64,000 nucleotides of DNA from Candidatus Bathyarchaeia archaeon (GTDB lineage Archaea > Thermoproteota > Bathyarchaeia > Bathyarchaeales > Bathycorpusculaceae): the NCBI GenBank assembly GCA_038882975.1, contig JAVZNE010000002.1, positions 64,001 through 128,000 of the forward strand, given 5' to 3'. Under the pieces are notes generated by a model. The model had not been told where the DNA came from. It searched no databases and worked only from the letters and a program-made list of their open reading frames with translations. The translations under genes were made by a program, and so were the position numbers. Positions 1 to 9,648 of the stretch are shown piece after piece. Within the stretch, counting starts at the first letter, position 1, and each line of letters begins with the position of its first letter.

Positions 1-960
1 ATAGCGGGACAAAGTCCAGAGCCGCAAAAACTGCTCGAAGGTTTAAGGAAATGCGATTTCGTTGTTGTTGTAGACGCATTTATGACGCCAACAGCAGTAG
101 CATGCGCCGATATAGTTTTGCCAGTATGCACCTTCATAGAAAGATACGGACTTAGAGCATGGTGGACCCCCTTGGAGGCAATGGTTAAAGCCATAGAACC
201 TTTGGGAGAAACAAAATCTGACTATGAAATATGTTTAGAACTTGCCAGAAGATTCAACCCCAAAATTAAGTGGAAAGATCCCAAAGAGATGTTTACAGAT
301 CTTGCGAAAGCTGCGGGCATAGATTACGATGAACTTTGCGAAAAAGTTTGGATGTTCACGCCAAAAGGTCACTCTTCAAGGCCGTATAAAAGATATGAAA
401 GAGCACTATTAAGGCTCGACGGCAAGCCTGGTTTTCAAACACCTTCAGGAAAAGTTGAGTTATGGTCCTCGCTGCTGGAGGACTGGGGGTTAGAACCACT
501 GCCATATTATGAGGAACCACCCTTCAGCCCCATAAGAACACCTGAACTTTACAGGGAGTACCCGCTTATTCTGGGGACTGGGAGAAGGTCATGGGCGTTT
601 TTCCATTCAGAGCATAGGCAAATTCCATGGCTTAGAGAACTAGATCCAGACCCTGTTGTGGAGATTAACCCCGAAACCGCAGCTAAATATGGCATTAAAG
701 ACGGCGACTGGGTGTGGATTGAAAACCATTTAGGAAAGTGTAAAAGAAAAGCCGTTGTAACGCCGATAATTCCTCCATGGATGGTTATGGCGCCTCACAA
801 TTGGTGGCTCCCCGAAAAACCCGCCGCAGAGCCGAGCCTCTACGGAACATGGGAAATAAACGTAAACCAGCTAGTACCATATGGCTATGTGGGTGAAGGC
901 GGGTTTGGTGCACCTTACAAAACAATGCTATGCAAAATATACAAAGCTGAGGAGGAGTAA
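1..960 (+). CDS. Molybdopterin-dependent oxidoreductase catalytic subunit (DMSO reductase family), 5'-truncated by window edge
   Basis: Frame open from base 1; VVVDAFMTPTA..ADIVLP, TPSGKVEL, FFHSEHRQIPWLRE and VEINPETAAKYGIKDGDWV bis-MGD C-terminal motifs. Confidence 0.9.
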   Translation: MAGQSPEPQKLLEGLRKCDFVVVVDAFMTPTAVACADIVLPVCTFIERYGLRAWWTPLEAMVKAIEPLGETKSDYEICLELARRFNPKIKWKDPKEMFTDLAKAAGIDYDELCEKVWMFTPKGHSSRPYKRYERALLRLDGKPGFQTPSGKVELWSSLLEDWGLEPLPYYEEPPFSPIRTPELYREYPLILGTGRRSWAFFHSEHRQIPWLRELDPDPVVEINPETAAKYGIKDGDWVWIENHLGKCKRKAVVTPIIPPWMVMAPHNWWLPEKPAAEPSLYGTWEINVNQLVPYGYVGEGGFGAPYKTMLCKIYKAEEE

Positions 961-963
961 TGC

Positions 964-1311
964 GTGAACAAAATCTCCAAAATAAAGTATGGGTTGCTTA
1001 TCGATTACGAGCACTGCACGGGCTGTCATACGTGTGAAATTGCATGTAAACAAGAGAACGAGCATCCTGTGGGAGAGTGGGGCATAAGAGTTTTGGAGTT
1101 TATTCAGCAGCTACCGAGCAAAAAGATCTACGTTACATACGTACCGTTCCCAACAGAGCTTTGTAATCTATGCATGGAACGTGTTAAGACGGGAAAACTG
1201 CCAGCTTGCGTAAAGCATTGCATGGCAAACTGTATGACTTTTGGCCCCATTGACAAATTAGCCAAAAAACTCAAGGAAAAACCAAGACAAGTGCTTTGGG
1301 CGCCAAAATAG
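964..1311 (+). CDS. Small 4Fe-4S subunit of the Mo-oxidoreductase
   Basis: LLIDYEHCTGCHTCEIACK, CNLC and PACVKHC motifs; 3 nt after the upstream stop. Confidence 0.88.
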   Translation: MNKISKIKYGLLIDYEHCTGCHTCEIACKQENEHPVGEWGIRVLEFIQQLPSKKIYVTYVPFPTELCNLCMERVKTGKLPACVKHCMANCMTFGPIDKLAKKLKEKPRQVLWAPK

Positions 1312-1331
1312 CATTCCGTAAAAAATAACAG

Positions 1332-2234
1332 TTACTTCACGGAGAATGTGGTTCTGGTTTCAACGGCGGACGCCCGGATATGCACTTTCTTCCTACACTT
1401 AACATTTAATTCTTTAACCAAAGCTTTATACGAGGTAAGCCTCTCTAATGCTTCGTTCCACGCACCAGATTTTATTTCCGAATGTAAAATTTCAGTTCTT
1501 TCATGGACTATAGCCTTCGGCGGGCAAACCTCTTGACATGCACCACAATATATACAGGATTTTCTATCCACAACTGGTTTTCCCTCATCGTCCAAGCTTA
1601 TACACTTTGAAGGACAAATATCAACGCAGATTTGACATTTTTCTGGGCATAAACTTGTATTCACTTTTATGAGTCCGTTCATAGGCTTTACGACTTTGAT
1701 GGCATCAAAGGGGCAGGCTATTTCACACTTTTTACAAAAGATGCAAAGCTGCTTATCCACTTGAACGTCAATTATTTTCGGCTTTTTAAGGGGCCCCTCG
1801 CCTTCGGTAATCACTTTTACCGCTTTTGTTGGGCAAATCTCTTGGCAAGCTAGCTCGCAAGTGGGATCGCATAAAGTAATGTTAACAGCAATGTCTTTAA
1901 CGATTTTCGGAAAGGCTTCATTTTCAATAACTGGGATTCTTTCTTTTCCATCAATTTCTATCTTAATAGCGTTTAGTGGACACAGAACAACGCACTCACC
2001 GCAAAAATGGCATTTTTCGGCGTCTATGTCGATTTGGCATCTTCTCAGCAATCTGCCTTCATGAACCTCGGCGGGAAATTTTGTAACGGCTTTCTCTGGG
2101 CAAATTTTTTCACAAATTCCGCATCCAACACAAAGTTCAGAGTTTAGCATTAAAACTTGACGAGATGACAAAGTAGCCCTTTCTAATGTTAGTTTTTTGC
2201 GTGATTTAGATTTAATAATAGTTCTTGATACCAT
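1332..2234 (-). CDS. Polyferredoxin, FwdF-like (six 4Fe-4S motifs)
   Basis: Six CxxCxxCxxxCP-type motifs; C-terminal IKSGAWNEALERL resembles FwdF. Confidence 0.8.
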   Translation of the reverse strand: MVSRTIIKSKSRKKLTLERATLSSRQVLMLNSELCVGCGICEKICPEKAVTKFPAEVHEGRLLRRCQIDIDAEKCHFCGECVVLCPLNAIKIEIDGKERIPVIENEAFPKIVKDIAVNITLCDPTCELACQEICPTKAVKVITEGEGPLKKPKIIDVQVDKQLCIFCKKCEIACPFDAIKVVKPMNGLIKVNTSLCPEKCQICVDICPSKCISLDDEGKPVVDRKSCIYCGACQEVCPPKAIVHERTEILHSEIKSGAWNEALERLTSYKALVKELNVKCRKKVHIRASAVETRTTFSVK

Positions 2235-2435
2235 GTAAGCTTCCTGCGTAGAGGATTTTAGGAAACTACTCCCTTGATATAAAGCTTTACTTAGATTAAT
2301 TCCATGTCAGTGAAAATGAGAATCTTCTTAAGTAGGAAATGGCACAAATCTGCTTTAAATCAGATAGACATATAAGAATTGATGGGAAAAACCAAGGTGA
2401 GGCTGTAAAGGCACGTTTAAGCGGAGCTTGATGGT

Positions 2436-4769
2436 TTGATAGGAGTCTATATTTGTCATTGCGGGCGTAACATTAAGGGAGTTGTGGACGTTGAAAAAGT
2501 TAAGGAAGCCGTTTCACGTTTTAGAGATGTAAAAGTAGCTGAAACCTATGATTATCTTTGCAGCACACCTGGACAGAAAATAATTAAGGATGGGATAAAA
2601 GAGAAAGGCGTCAACAGAGTTGTCGTGGCTGCTTGCTCGGTTCAGCTTCACCTCGAAACCTTTCGCAAGGCTGTAGCAGATGCGGGATTAAATCCGTACC
2701 TTCTTGAAATGGTGAATATAAGGGAACACTGCAGCTGGGTTCACAGCGATGTCGACAAAGCTACTCTAAAAGCTATAGACCTAATAAGAGGAGCGGTTAA
2801 CCGTGCGAGACATCTGGAGGAACTGCAACCAATAAAAACTGTGGTTAAAAAAGATGTGCTGGTTGTCGGGGGAGGCATCGCCGGAATCCAAGCAGCTCTT
2901 GAATTAGCAGCTAAGGGCTACAAGGTTTATCTTGTTGAGCGGAATCCCAGCGTTGGAGGCCACATGGCGCAGTTGAGCGAAACTTTTCCAACCCTTGACT
3001 GCTCCTACTGTATACTGGCGCCAAGAATGGTTCAGGTTTCACAGCATCCAAATGTAGAAGTAATCACTATGGCAGAGCCTATTGCGGTAAAGGGCATACC
3101 AGGAGACTACAAAGTCACCATCAAGTTGGAGCCCAGATATGTAGATGAGAGCAAATGTACTGGCTGTGATGAATGTGCAAAAGTTTGCCCCGTCCAAATA
3201 TTAAATGAATTTGACGAGAATTTGGAGTTGAGAAAAGCCATATACATTCCATACCCTCAAGCTGTGCCCCGCGTATACGCAATCGATGTTGACCGCTGCA
3301 TTAAATGCTTTAGATGTGTGGACGTTTGTGGTCCAAGGGCGATAAACTTTTCAAAGGAACCAAATGAAATCGAATTAAACGTGGGTGCAATAGTCATTGC
3401 CACCGGTTATGACTTAATTGACCCACGACATCTGGGCGAATATTCTTACGGAATACACCCGGACATTGTAACGAACTTAGAGTTCGAACGTATTATGCGT
3501 TTGGGATTTCGTAGACCTTCAGATGGAAAGATCCCCAAAAAAGTGGCTTTCATTCTATGTGCTGGAAGTCGAGCGCTTCGAGAAGGTTCGAAGGAATACT
3601 GTTGTAAAATAGGGTGCATGGTTGCAATTAAACAGTCTATAATCCTTATGAAGGCTGTGGCGGGAGCTGAGCCTTGGATTTTCTATCAGGATCTAAGGGC
3701 AGCTGGTAGGGGTTATGAAGAATTCCTCAGCAGAGCCAAAGACCAGGGTGTAAAGTTCATCAGGGGCTTACCGTCAAGGGTTATACCTATGAAGAATGGA
3801 CTGGTGGTTAAGGCTACAGATACAATCTCTGGAATTCAAATTGAAGAGAACTTTGATATGGTGGTTTTGAGCGCAGCTATTGTACCAAGCTCGGGAACAG
3901 AGGCCCTAGCAAAAATTTTTAGCATCAGCACCGGAACCGACGGTTTTCTCCTCGAGAAGCACTACAAACTTGACCCCGTGGACAGTTTGCGAAAAGCAAT
4001 TTTTGTATGTGGATGCGCCCTCGGTCCAAAGGACATACGGGAATCGGTTGAGGGAGCCATGGCTGCGGCTTCTAGAGCCGCATCCTTCATTGGCAAGGGT
4101 GAACTGGAACACCCTCCAGAAGTGCCCAGAATAAATGTGGACAAGTGTAATCTTTGCGGCGAATGCGTCGCCATATGTCCAACAGGAGCATTATTGCTTG
4201 AAGAATCAAATGTTAAAATTGTTCCGGTGGCTTGCATAAACTGTGGCGCATGTGTAACTGCATGCCCGAAAAAGGCCATAGACCTTGCAAACTTCACCGA
4301 GGAACAGATTATTGAACAGATTAAAGGCGTATGTGAAGGAGAAATTGACGAACCAAAAATAATAGTTTTCGTTGAAAAAACCACAGCCTACGCCTCCCTC
4401 GATCTTGCCGGGACAAGAAGGTATAGCTACATAGCCAATGTTCGACCTATCCCAGTGCCAAGCTGCATGCGCGTTGGAACAAAACATGTTCTGACAGCCT
4501 TGGCTTTCGGCGCTGACGGGGTAGGCTTAATTGAAGGTGATGATAGCCCCTTCGCCGGTGAAAAATTACGCCAATATACTAATAAACTTAAGGATGAGCT
4601 AAGACATTACGGCGTAAACCCGCTTAGACTGCAATCCACAACCACAACAGTTCCACAATACGATAAAACCGTTGACTTTCTACAAACCTTAAGCACCAGA
4701 ATTTCCCGCCTAGGCAAAATTCCACAACATGAAAGAGGAAAAATAAAAGAAGTGCTTAGGAACCTATAA
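2436..4769 (+). CDS. hdrA: Heterodisulfide reductase subunit A with C-terminal degenerate MvhD-like domain
   Basis: IGVYICHCG, VNIREHCSWVH, GGGIAG FAD motif, TFPTLDC, ferredoxin inserts, CAGSR..YCCKIGC, GPKDI; C-terminal AYASLDLAGTRRYSY..GADGV. Confidence 0.93.
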   Translation: MIGVYICHCGRNIKGVVDVEKVKEAVSRFRDVKVAETYDYLCSTPGQKIIKDGIKEKGVNRVVVAACSVQLHLETFRKAVADAGLNPYLLEMVNIREHCSWVHSDVDKATLKAIDLIRGAVNRARHLEELQPIKTVVKKDVLVVGGGIAGIQAALELAAKGYKVYLVERNPSVGGHMAQLSETFPTLDCSYCILAPRMVQVSQHPNVEVITMAEPIAVKGIPGDYKVTIKLEPRYVDESKCTGCDECAKVCPVQILNEFDENLELRKAIYIPYPQAVPRVYAIDVDRCIKCFRCVDVCGPRAINFSKEPNEIELNVGAIVIATGYDLIDPRHLGEYSYGIHPDIVTNLEFERIMRLGFRRPSDGKIPKKVAFILCAGSRALREGSKEYCCKIGCMVAIKQSIILMKAVAGAEPWIFYQDLRAAGRGYEEFLSRAKDQGVKFIRGLPSRVIPMKNGLVVKATDTISGIQIEENFDMVVLSAAIVPSSGTEALAKIFSISTGTDGFLLEKHYKLDPVDSLRKAIFVCGCALGPKDIRESVEGAMAAASRAASFIGKGELEHPPEVPRINVDKCNLCGECVAICPTGALLLEESNVKIVPVACINCGACVTACPKKAIDLANFTEEQIIEQIKGVCEGEIDEPKIIVFVEKTTAYASLDLAGTRRYSYIANVRPIPVPSCMRVGTKHVLTALAFGADGVGLIEGDDSPFAGEKLRQYTNKLKDELRHYGVNPLRLQSTTTTVPQYDKTVDFLQTLSTRISRLGKIPQHERGKIKEVLRNL

Positions 4770-5578
4770 TGAAAGAAAATGTAGAGCTTAAAACTTCTAT
4801 TGTAAAATTCTACGAGGAAAACCTAAGAAAGCGCATTAAAAGTTTTGTGCCACTATGTTATCATCCGGGAGGAATAGAAACAACCGAAGAAATATTAAAG
4901 GAGGCAAAGATAGGCAAAGACTCCCATGTTTTGGATGTTGCGTCTGGAATAGGTGACACTGCAATTTACTTAGCGGCAAATGTAGGATCAAGGGTTACTG
5001 GCATAGACTTGTCACAGGAAATGGTTGCATATGCAAATACTCTAGTGAAAGAGGTTGAACTTGATCCTCATATTACCTTTTTAATGGCAGACGCTGAAAA
5101 CCTCCCTTTTAAAGACAATGTGTTTGACGTTGCAATAAGTGAATGCTCTTTATGTTTAGTTCCAAATACGCGAAAGGCGTTATGCGAAATGAAAAGGGTT
5201 ATTAAACCGGAGGCTAAGGTTGTTGTGTCAGATGTTGTGTTGAAAGAAAAACTTTCTCCAAACCTAAACAATTTTTTGTCGTATGCTAGCTGCATCGCAG
5301 GCGCCAAAACGTTAGGCGAATACATCAATGAATTCGAGAAAGCTGGTTTAACGAGGATTATAACGGCGGATCTCTCTTTTCAAGTTGTTAAGCAGATTTG
5401 CCAATATTTAGAAAACCAGAAAACAAGCTCCGAAGAAATAGTGAAAGTTGGAGAATCTCTAGTTACAAGTTTTCCAGAAAGATACGATATGAAGACTTTT
5501 CAAACAATTTCCTTTTATCTATGGCTTACCGGGAAAATAGGGTATTATATGATAAGTGGTGTTAAAACAAAACGGTAA
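4769..5578 (+). CDS. Class I SAM-dependent methyltransferase (ArsM/UbiE-like)
   Basis: VLDVASGIG motif I, DAENLPF, ISECSLCL, SCIAGA; translationally coupled to hdrA (TAATG). Confidence 0.85.
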   Translation: MKENVELKTSIVKFYEENLRKRIKSFVPLCYHPGGIETTEEILKEAKIGKDSHVLDVASGIGDTAIYLAANVGSRVTGIDLSQEMVAYANTLVKEVELDPHITFLMADAENLPFKDNVFDVAISECSLCLVPNTRKALCEMKRVIKPEAKVVVSDVVLKEKLSPNLNNFLSYASCIAGAKTLGEYINEFEKAGLTRIITADLSFQVVKQICQYLENQKTSSEEIVKVGESLVTSFPERYDMKTFQTISFYLWLTGKIGYYMISGVKTKR

Positions 5579-5588
5579 AGGTGAAGGC

Positions 5589-6116
5589 TTAAGGTAGGAT
5601 ATACAAGGCTGCCTTTTTCCCTTTTAAAAGTGAAATAAGTCTTCGCCCTTTCCTCTCTTTAGCTACTTTTTCAAGGTAGTCCACTGTTCCACATACTATA
5701 GCACCTGTTGGACAAACCTCTTCACACGCTCTAGGCATCCAGTCAGGACGGTCATTGCAAAACGTGCACTTTTGCATCTTAAGGTCAGGGCCATACTTTG
5801 GCGCTCCGAAGGGGCAGACCCAGCTGCAAAGTCTGCAGCCTATGCATTTCTCTTTATCAACCAAGACCAATCCGTCTTCTCGTTTATAAATAGCCTTAGC
5901 AGGGCATGCAGCTATACAGTAGGGCTCTTCACAGTGCATGCATGCGATGGAAACATTTGTCCTTTCAACGGAAGGAAAAACGCCACTTTCAATCTCCATC
6001 ACCGTTCGGTAAGAGGGGACTGTTATGCCGTTCCAAACACGGCAAGCTATTTCGCAAGCATGACATTTTATGCATCTTTCAATGTCAACGAAAAAGCCTT
6101 TACGCGTTGACATCAA
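5589..6116 (-). CDS. 4Fe-4S dicluster subunit (DmsB/PsrB-like)
   Basis: CIKCHACEIAC, CMHCEEPYCIAACP, CIGCRLCSWVCP and KCTFC..ACEEVCP motifs. Confidence 0.9.
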   Translation of the reverse strand: MMSTRKGFFVDIERCIKCHACEIACRVWNGITVPSYRTVMEIESGVFPSVERTNVSIACMHCEEPYCIAACPAKAIYKREDGLVLVDKEKCIGCRLCSWVCPFGAPKYGPDLKMQKCTFCNDRPDWMPRACEEVCPTGAIVCGTVDYLEKVAKERKGRRLISLLKGKKAALYILP

Positions 6117-8212
6117 GCCTTCCTCACTCTAACTTTACATTCGTTATAGGCTACTGCACCACTAATTGGGTCTACATATGTACCTATAAGCTTATTGATA
6201 CTTGCACCTCTTCCTTTTGCGATTTTCCCCACACTCCAATGGCCAAAACCGAAACCATGCACCACTGCCACAACGCCGGGGAGAATGCCCTCTGTCACTT
6301 TAGCCTTAACAGTTATGCTGTCTAAAGGGGATTCTATAACTATGTAATCTCCATTTTTTACTCCATACTTCTCAGCATCTCTTGGATTTATTTCCGCCCA
6401 ATTTTCATTCTCAATATCCATCAACATTGGGATATTCTGTGTTACAAGATTCGCTTGAAAAGGCATTCTTGCACTTATCAACCTAAAAGGATATTTCTCG
6501 TCGGGAGCCACAGCAGATTCTTTATATTCAGGCAGCGGGTTATGACCCATAACCTCCATTAACGTAGAGTATATTTCAACTTTGCCTGAGGGAGTTTTCA
6601 GCCCATTTTCATATTTCCTATACCTTGGTTGACCAATCCAAAACCCTTTCTGTTTAAGCTCCTCCAACGTAAACGGCAAGCCCTCTATAATATTTTTCAT
6701 CCACTCCTCCTCCGATTTCCAGTTGAAATATTTTCCATAACCCATCTTCTCAGCTATCCCTCTAACTATTTCGTAGATGGGTTTCGCCTCCCCTGGTGGT
6801 GGCACAGCAGGCTCGGAGTATAAAACCATAGGTGCATGGTTGAATCCTTGAAGTATGTCGTACCTCTCGAAATAGCAAGCGTCAGGAAGAACTATGTCAC
6901 AATACATGGCCGTCTCACTAAGGTAAATATCCACGGCGACGGAAAATTCAAGAGCTTTAAACGCTTCAATCCAAAGCTTTGTGTTGGCATCACTCATAAT
7001 GGGGTTAATTTGTGAAAGGATTAACGCCTTGACGGGGTAGGGTTTTCCCTCAAGTATTACTTGTGGCAAAAGCGCCGAGGGAAAGTCAGGGGCGATAGAA
7101 AAACCCAATGCCTCCCGCAGAGAAGGCTTCTCTATCTTTGCCCTTTCCTCTTCAGGAACTTTAATTGGCGGATTAAGCTGCGGGTCAAGCCCTTGCGGGC
7201 TGCCCGTGAGCAGTAAAGAACCAGGCTTATCAACGTTTCCGGTTAAAGCATTCAACAGAAGAACAGCCCGCATCGAGTCAAAACCATTTGTGTAGCATGT
7301 AAACACATGGTATGAGCTGGAAACAGCTGGTTTTGCCGTGGCAAATTCTCTAGCTATCCTTCTTATGGTGGCGGCTGGTACTCCGGTTATGCTTTCAGCC
7401 CACTCAGGTGTGTAACCCTTCTCGTTAAGGTGTTCTCTAAACTCGCTGAAGCCGTAACAGTAGTTTTCTACAAATTCTTTATCATAGAGGTTCTCGTCAA
7501 TTATTGTTTTGGCCATCGCCAACGCCATAGCCCCATCTGTGCCCGGTCTTATCGGAACCCATTCATCTGCTTTCTCAGCTGTTTTTGAAAGGCGTGGGTT
7601 AACCACGACAAGTTTTGCTCCTCTATCTTTAGCCTCCATTAAACCTTGCAGAAATCCTACAATCCTTGGAGCTTCGAGAGGCTCTTTACCCCATAACAAG
7701 ACGTACTTCGCATTCTCGTAATCTTCTATTGCCCAAAAAGTTCCAAAAAGGGATATGCAAGCGGTATCAAATGTAGCATCACAAGCGGCCGTGTGATCAT
7801 AAACGTTGGGAGAACCGTAAAGAAGGTACAGAAAGCTCCTGTAGAAGGTGACGCATCCCTGTCCATGATCTATTGAAACAACGGATTCGGGGCCATATTT
7901 TTCCCTTATTTCTTTAAGTTTTTCAGCTATTATGGTGAAAGCTTCATCCCATGTTATTCTTTTAAATTTTCCTTCGCCTCTCTCTCCAACCCTCATAAGG
8001 GGATATTTCAACCTATCTGGGTCGTAGGCGAACCAAATGCTAGCTAAGCCTTTTACGCACCTTTTGCCCTTTGTATTGGGGTTATCTGGATTACCCCTAG
8101 TGTATATTACTTTTCCATCTTTTACATAAACCTCTATAGAGCATCGAAAGGGGCAAACATGGCAAAACGACCTAAACATCTTTGAACCTTTCAGTTTCTC
8201 CGCGGCTTCCAT
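6113..8212 (-). CDS. Molybdopterin oxidoreductase, PhsA/PsrA-like, no Tat signal
   Basis: N-terminal CHVCPFRC..C FS0 motif, DHTAAC putative Cys ligand, IRPGTDGA, TPSGKVEI, EINPRDA. Confidence 0.88.
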   Translation of the reverse strand: MEAAEKLKGSKMFRSFCHVCPFRCSIEVYVKDGKVIYTRGNPDNPNTKGKRCVKGLASIWFAYDPDRLKYPLMRVGERGEGKFKRITWDEAFTIIAEKLKEIREKYGPESVVSIDHGQGCVTFYRSFLYLLYGSPNVYDHTAACDATFDTACISLFGTFWAIEDYENAKYVLLWGKEPLEAPRIVGFLQGLMEAKDRGAKLVVVNPRLSKTAEKADEWVPIRPGTDGAMALAMAKTIIDENLYDKEFVENYCYGFSEFREHLNEKGYTPEWAESITGVPAATIRRIAREFATAKPAVSSSYHVFTCYTNGFDSMRAVLLLNALTGNVDKPGSLLLTGSPQGLDPQLNPPIKVPEEERAKIEKPSLREALGFSIAPDFPSALLPQVILEGKPYPVKALILSQINPIMSDANTKLWIEAFKALEFSVAVDIYLSETAMYCDIVLPDACYFERYDILQGFNHAPMVLYSEPAVPPPGEAKPIYEIVRGIAEKMGYGKYFNWKSEEEWMKNIIEGLPFTLEELKQKGFWIGQPRYRKYENGLKTPSGKVEIYSTLMEVMGHNPLPEYKESAVAPDEKYPFRLISARMPFQANLVTQNIPMLMDIENENWAEINPRDAEKYGVKNGDYIVIESPLDSITVKAKVTEGILPGVVAVVHGFGFGHWSVGKIAKGRGASINKLIGTYVDPISGAVAYNECKVRVRKA

Positions 8213-8234
8213 GCATATCGCCTTGGAAATCCAG

Positions 8235-8255
8235 TACGTTAAAGTTACGTTAAAG
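8235..8255. promoter_or_regulatory. Tandem direct repeat TACGTTAAAG x2 in divergent promoter (possible operator)
   Basis: TACGTTAAAG at 8235-8244 and 8246-8255, between the divergent Mo-enzyme and hdrC genes. Confidence 0.35.
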
Positions 8256-8317
8256 GTGGGGAATATTTATTAGTTGCTGAATTCAAATAAGAGTTTACAA
8301 GTTGAAAGTGATTTTAA

Positions 8318-8794
8318 ATGGCTTTACATGGCGGTTCAGAAGATCTAACAAAGAAAATTGTTGAGATGAGCGGGCAAAACATTTTTTCATGTAATTTATG
8401 CGGCAAATGTACGGCTGGTTGTCCAATAGCAGATGTCATGGATATAAAGCCTCATCAAGTTGTAAGGTTGGCCCAAATACAAGCTGAAATTTTGTTGACG
8501 TCTAGGGCAATATGGCTTTGTGCATGTTGCCTTGCATGTGTGTCCCGGTGTCCAAAGCAGATAGATATCCCCAAATTGATGGAATCCTTCAGAAATTTGG
8601 TTTTGTCTGGTGGGATAGACTTCCTTGAATATGCTCCCGATTTGTCAACGCAGCTTCCAGTGCAAGCAATGGTTGCTGCACGGAGCAGATATACCTCAGT
8701 GAATTTGCCATCCGTGCGTCCAAGCATGAGGTTAGAGAAATATTTTACTCGTGAAAGGATACTAGCTCTGGTTAAGGGTGAAACCTCCAAATGA
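8318..8794 (+). CDS. hdrC: Heterodisulfide reductase subunit C
   Basis: CNLCGKCTAGCP and IWLCACCLACVSRCP. Confidence 0.9.
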   Translation: MALHGGSEDLTKKIVEMSGQNIFSCNLCGKCTAGCPIADVMDIKPHQVVRLAQIQAEILLTSRAIWLCACCLACVSRCPKQIDIPKLMESFRNLVLSGGIDFLEYAPDLSTQLPVQAMVAARSRYTSVNLPSVRPSMRLEKYFTRERILALVKGETSK

Positions 8795-9648
8795 AAGTTC
8801 CCTATTACCCAGGATGCCTACCCTATTCACGAACCATCGGACTAAATCTGCCTATAAAGGCGATTGCAAACGCCCTTAAAATTGAACTTATAGAAATTCC
8901 GGGGATTTGTTGCGGAGCGTTTTTCACAACAAACCCAGCAGATATGTATGGTCCGGTCCGCACTCTCATGGATGCGGGGAAAATTGGAAACGAGTTAATG
9001 ACCACATGCGCACTCTGTTATAACGTACTTAAGCAAGCAAACTCCACCATCAAAAGGGAACCAAAGAAACGCGAACAAATCAACGCTTTTCTAGGCGAGG
9101 AATATAACGGCGAAGTTAATGTACTTCATTTTCTAGAGTTTCTACGAGATAAAATCGGCTTTAACAAGTTAAATGGATATGTCAAAGTAAGCCTACAAGG
9201 CTTAAAAGTGGCTCCGTATTACGGCTGCCTGCTCTTACGGCCCTATGAGGAAATCAAACTTGACAACCCTGAGCATCCCACAATTTTTGAGGATTTTCTA
9301 ATAAACATAGACTGCGAACCCGTAGACTTCCCATACAAAACTGAATGCTGCGGGTCTTATTTAGCTGCCATCTCTTTTGACGCTGTCATAGAACACTCCT
9401 ATTCAATAATCAAATCAGCCTTACAAAGTGGAGCGGAAGCAATAGCTGTAGTTTGCCCGCTTTGCCACTTCAATCTTGACCAAATGCAAGAAAAGGTCAA
9501 GTTAAAATATAAAGATTTAAGCGAGATGCCCATATTCTATTTCACTCAGTTATTGGCAATAGCGTTAGGAATAAGGGATTCTTTGGGTTTTGAGCAACAT
9601 TTTGTTAATCCCTACCCTTTGCTGGACAAGAAATTAGGTAAAATCTGA
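8791..9648 (+). CDS. hdrB: Heterodisulfide reductase subunit B
   Basis: Two CCG domains: YYPGC..CCG..CALC and YYGC..ECCG..CPLC. Confidence 0.92.
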   Translation: MKVPYYPGCLPYSRTIGLNLPIKAIANALKIELIEIPGICCGAFFTTNPADMYGPVRTLMDAGKIGNELMTTCALCYNVLKQANSTIKREPKKREQINAFLGEEYNGEVNVLHFLEFLRDKIGFNKLNGYVKVSLQGLKVAPYYGCLLLRPYEEIKLDNPEHPTIFEDFLINIDCEPVDFPYKTECCGSYLAAISFDAVIEHSYSIIKSALQSGAEAIAVVCPLCHFNLDQMQEKVKLKYKDLSEMPIFYFTQLLAIALGIRDSLGFEQHFVNPYPLLDKKLGKI

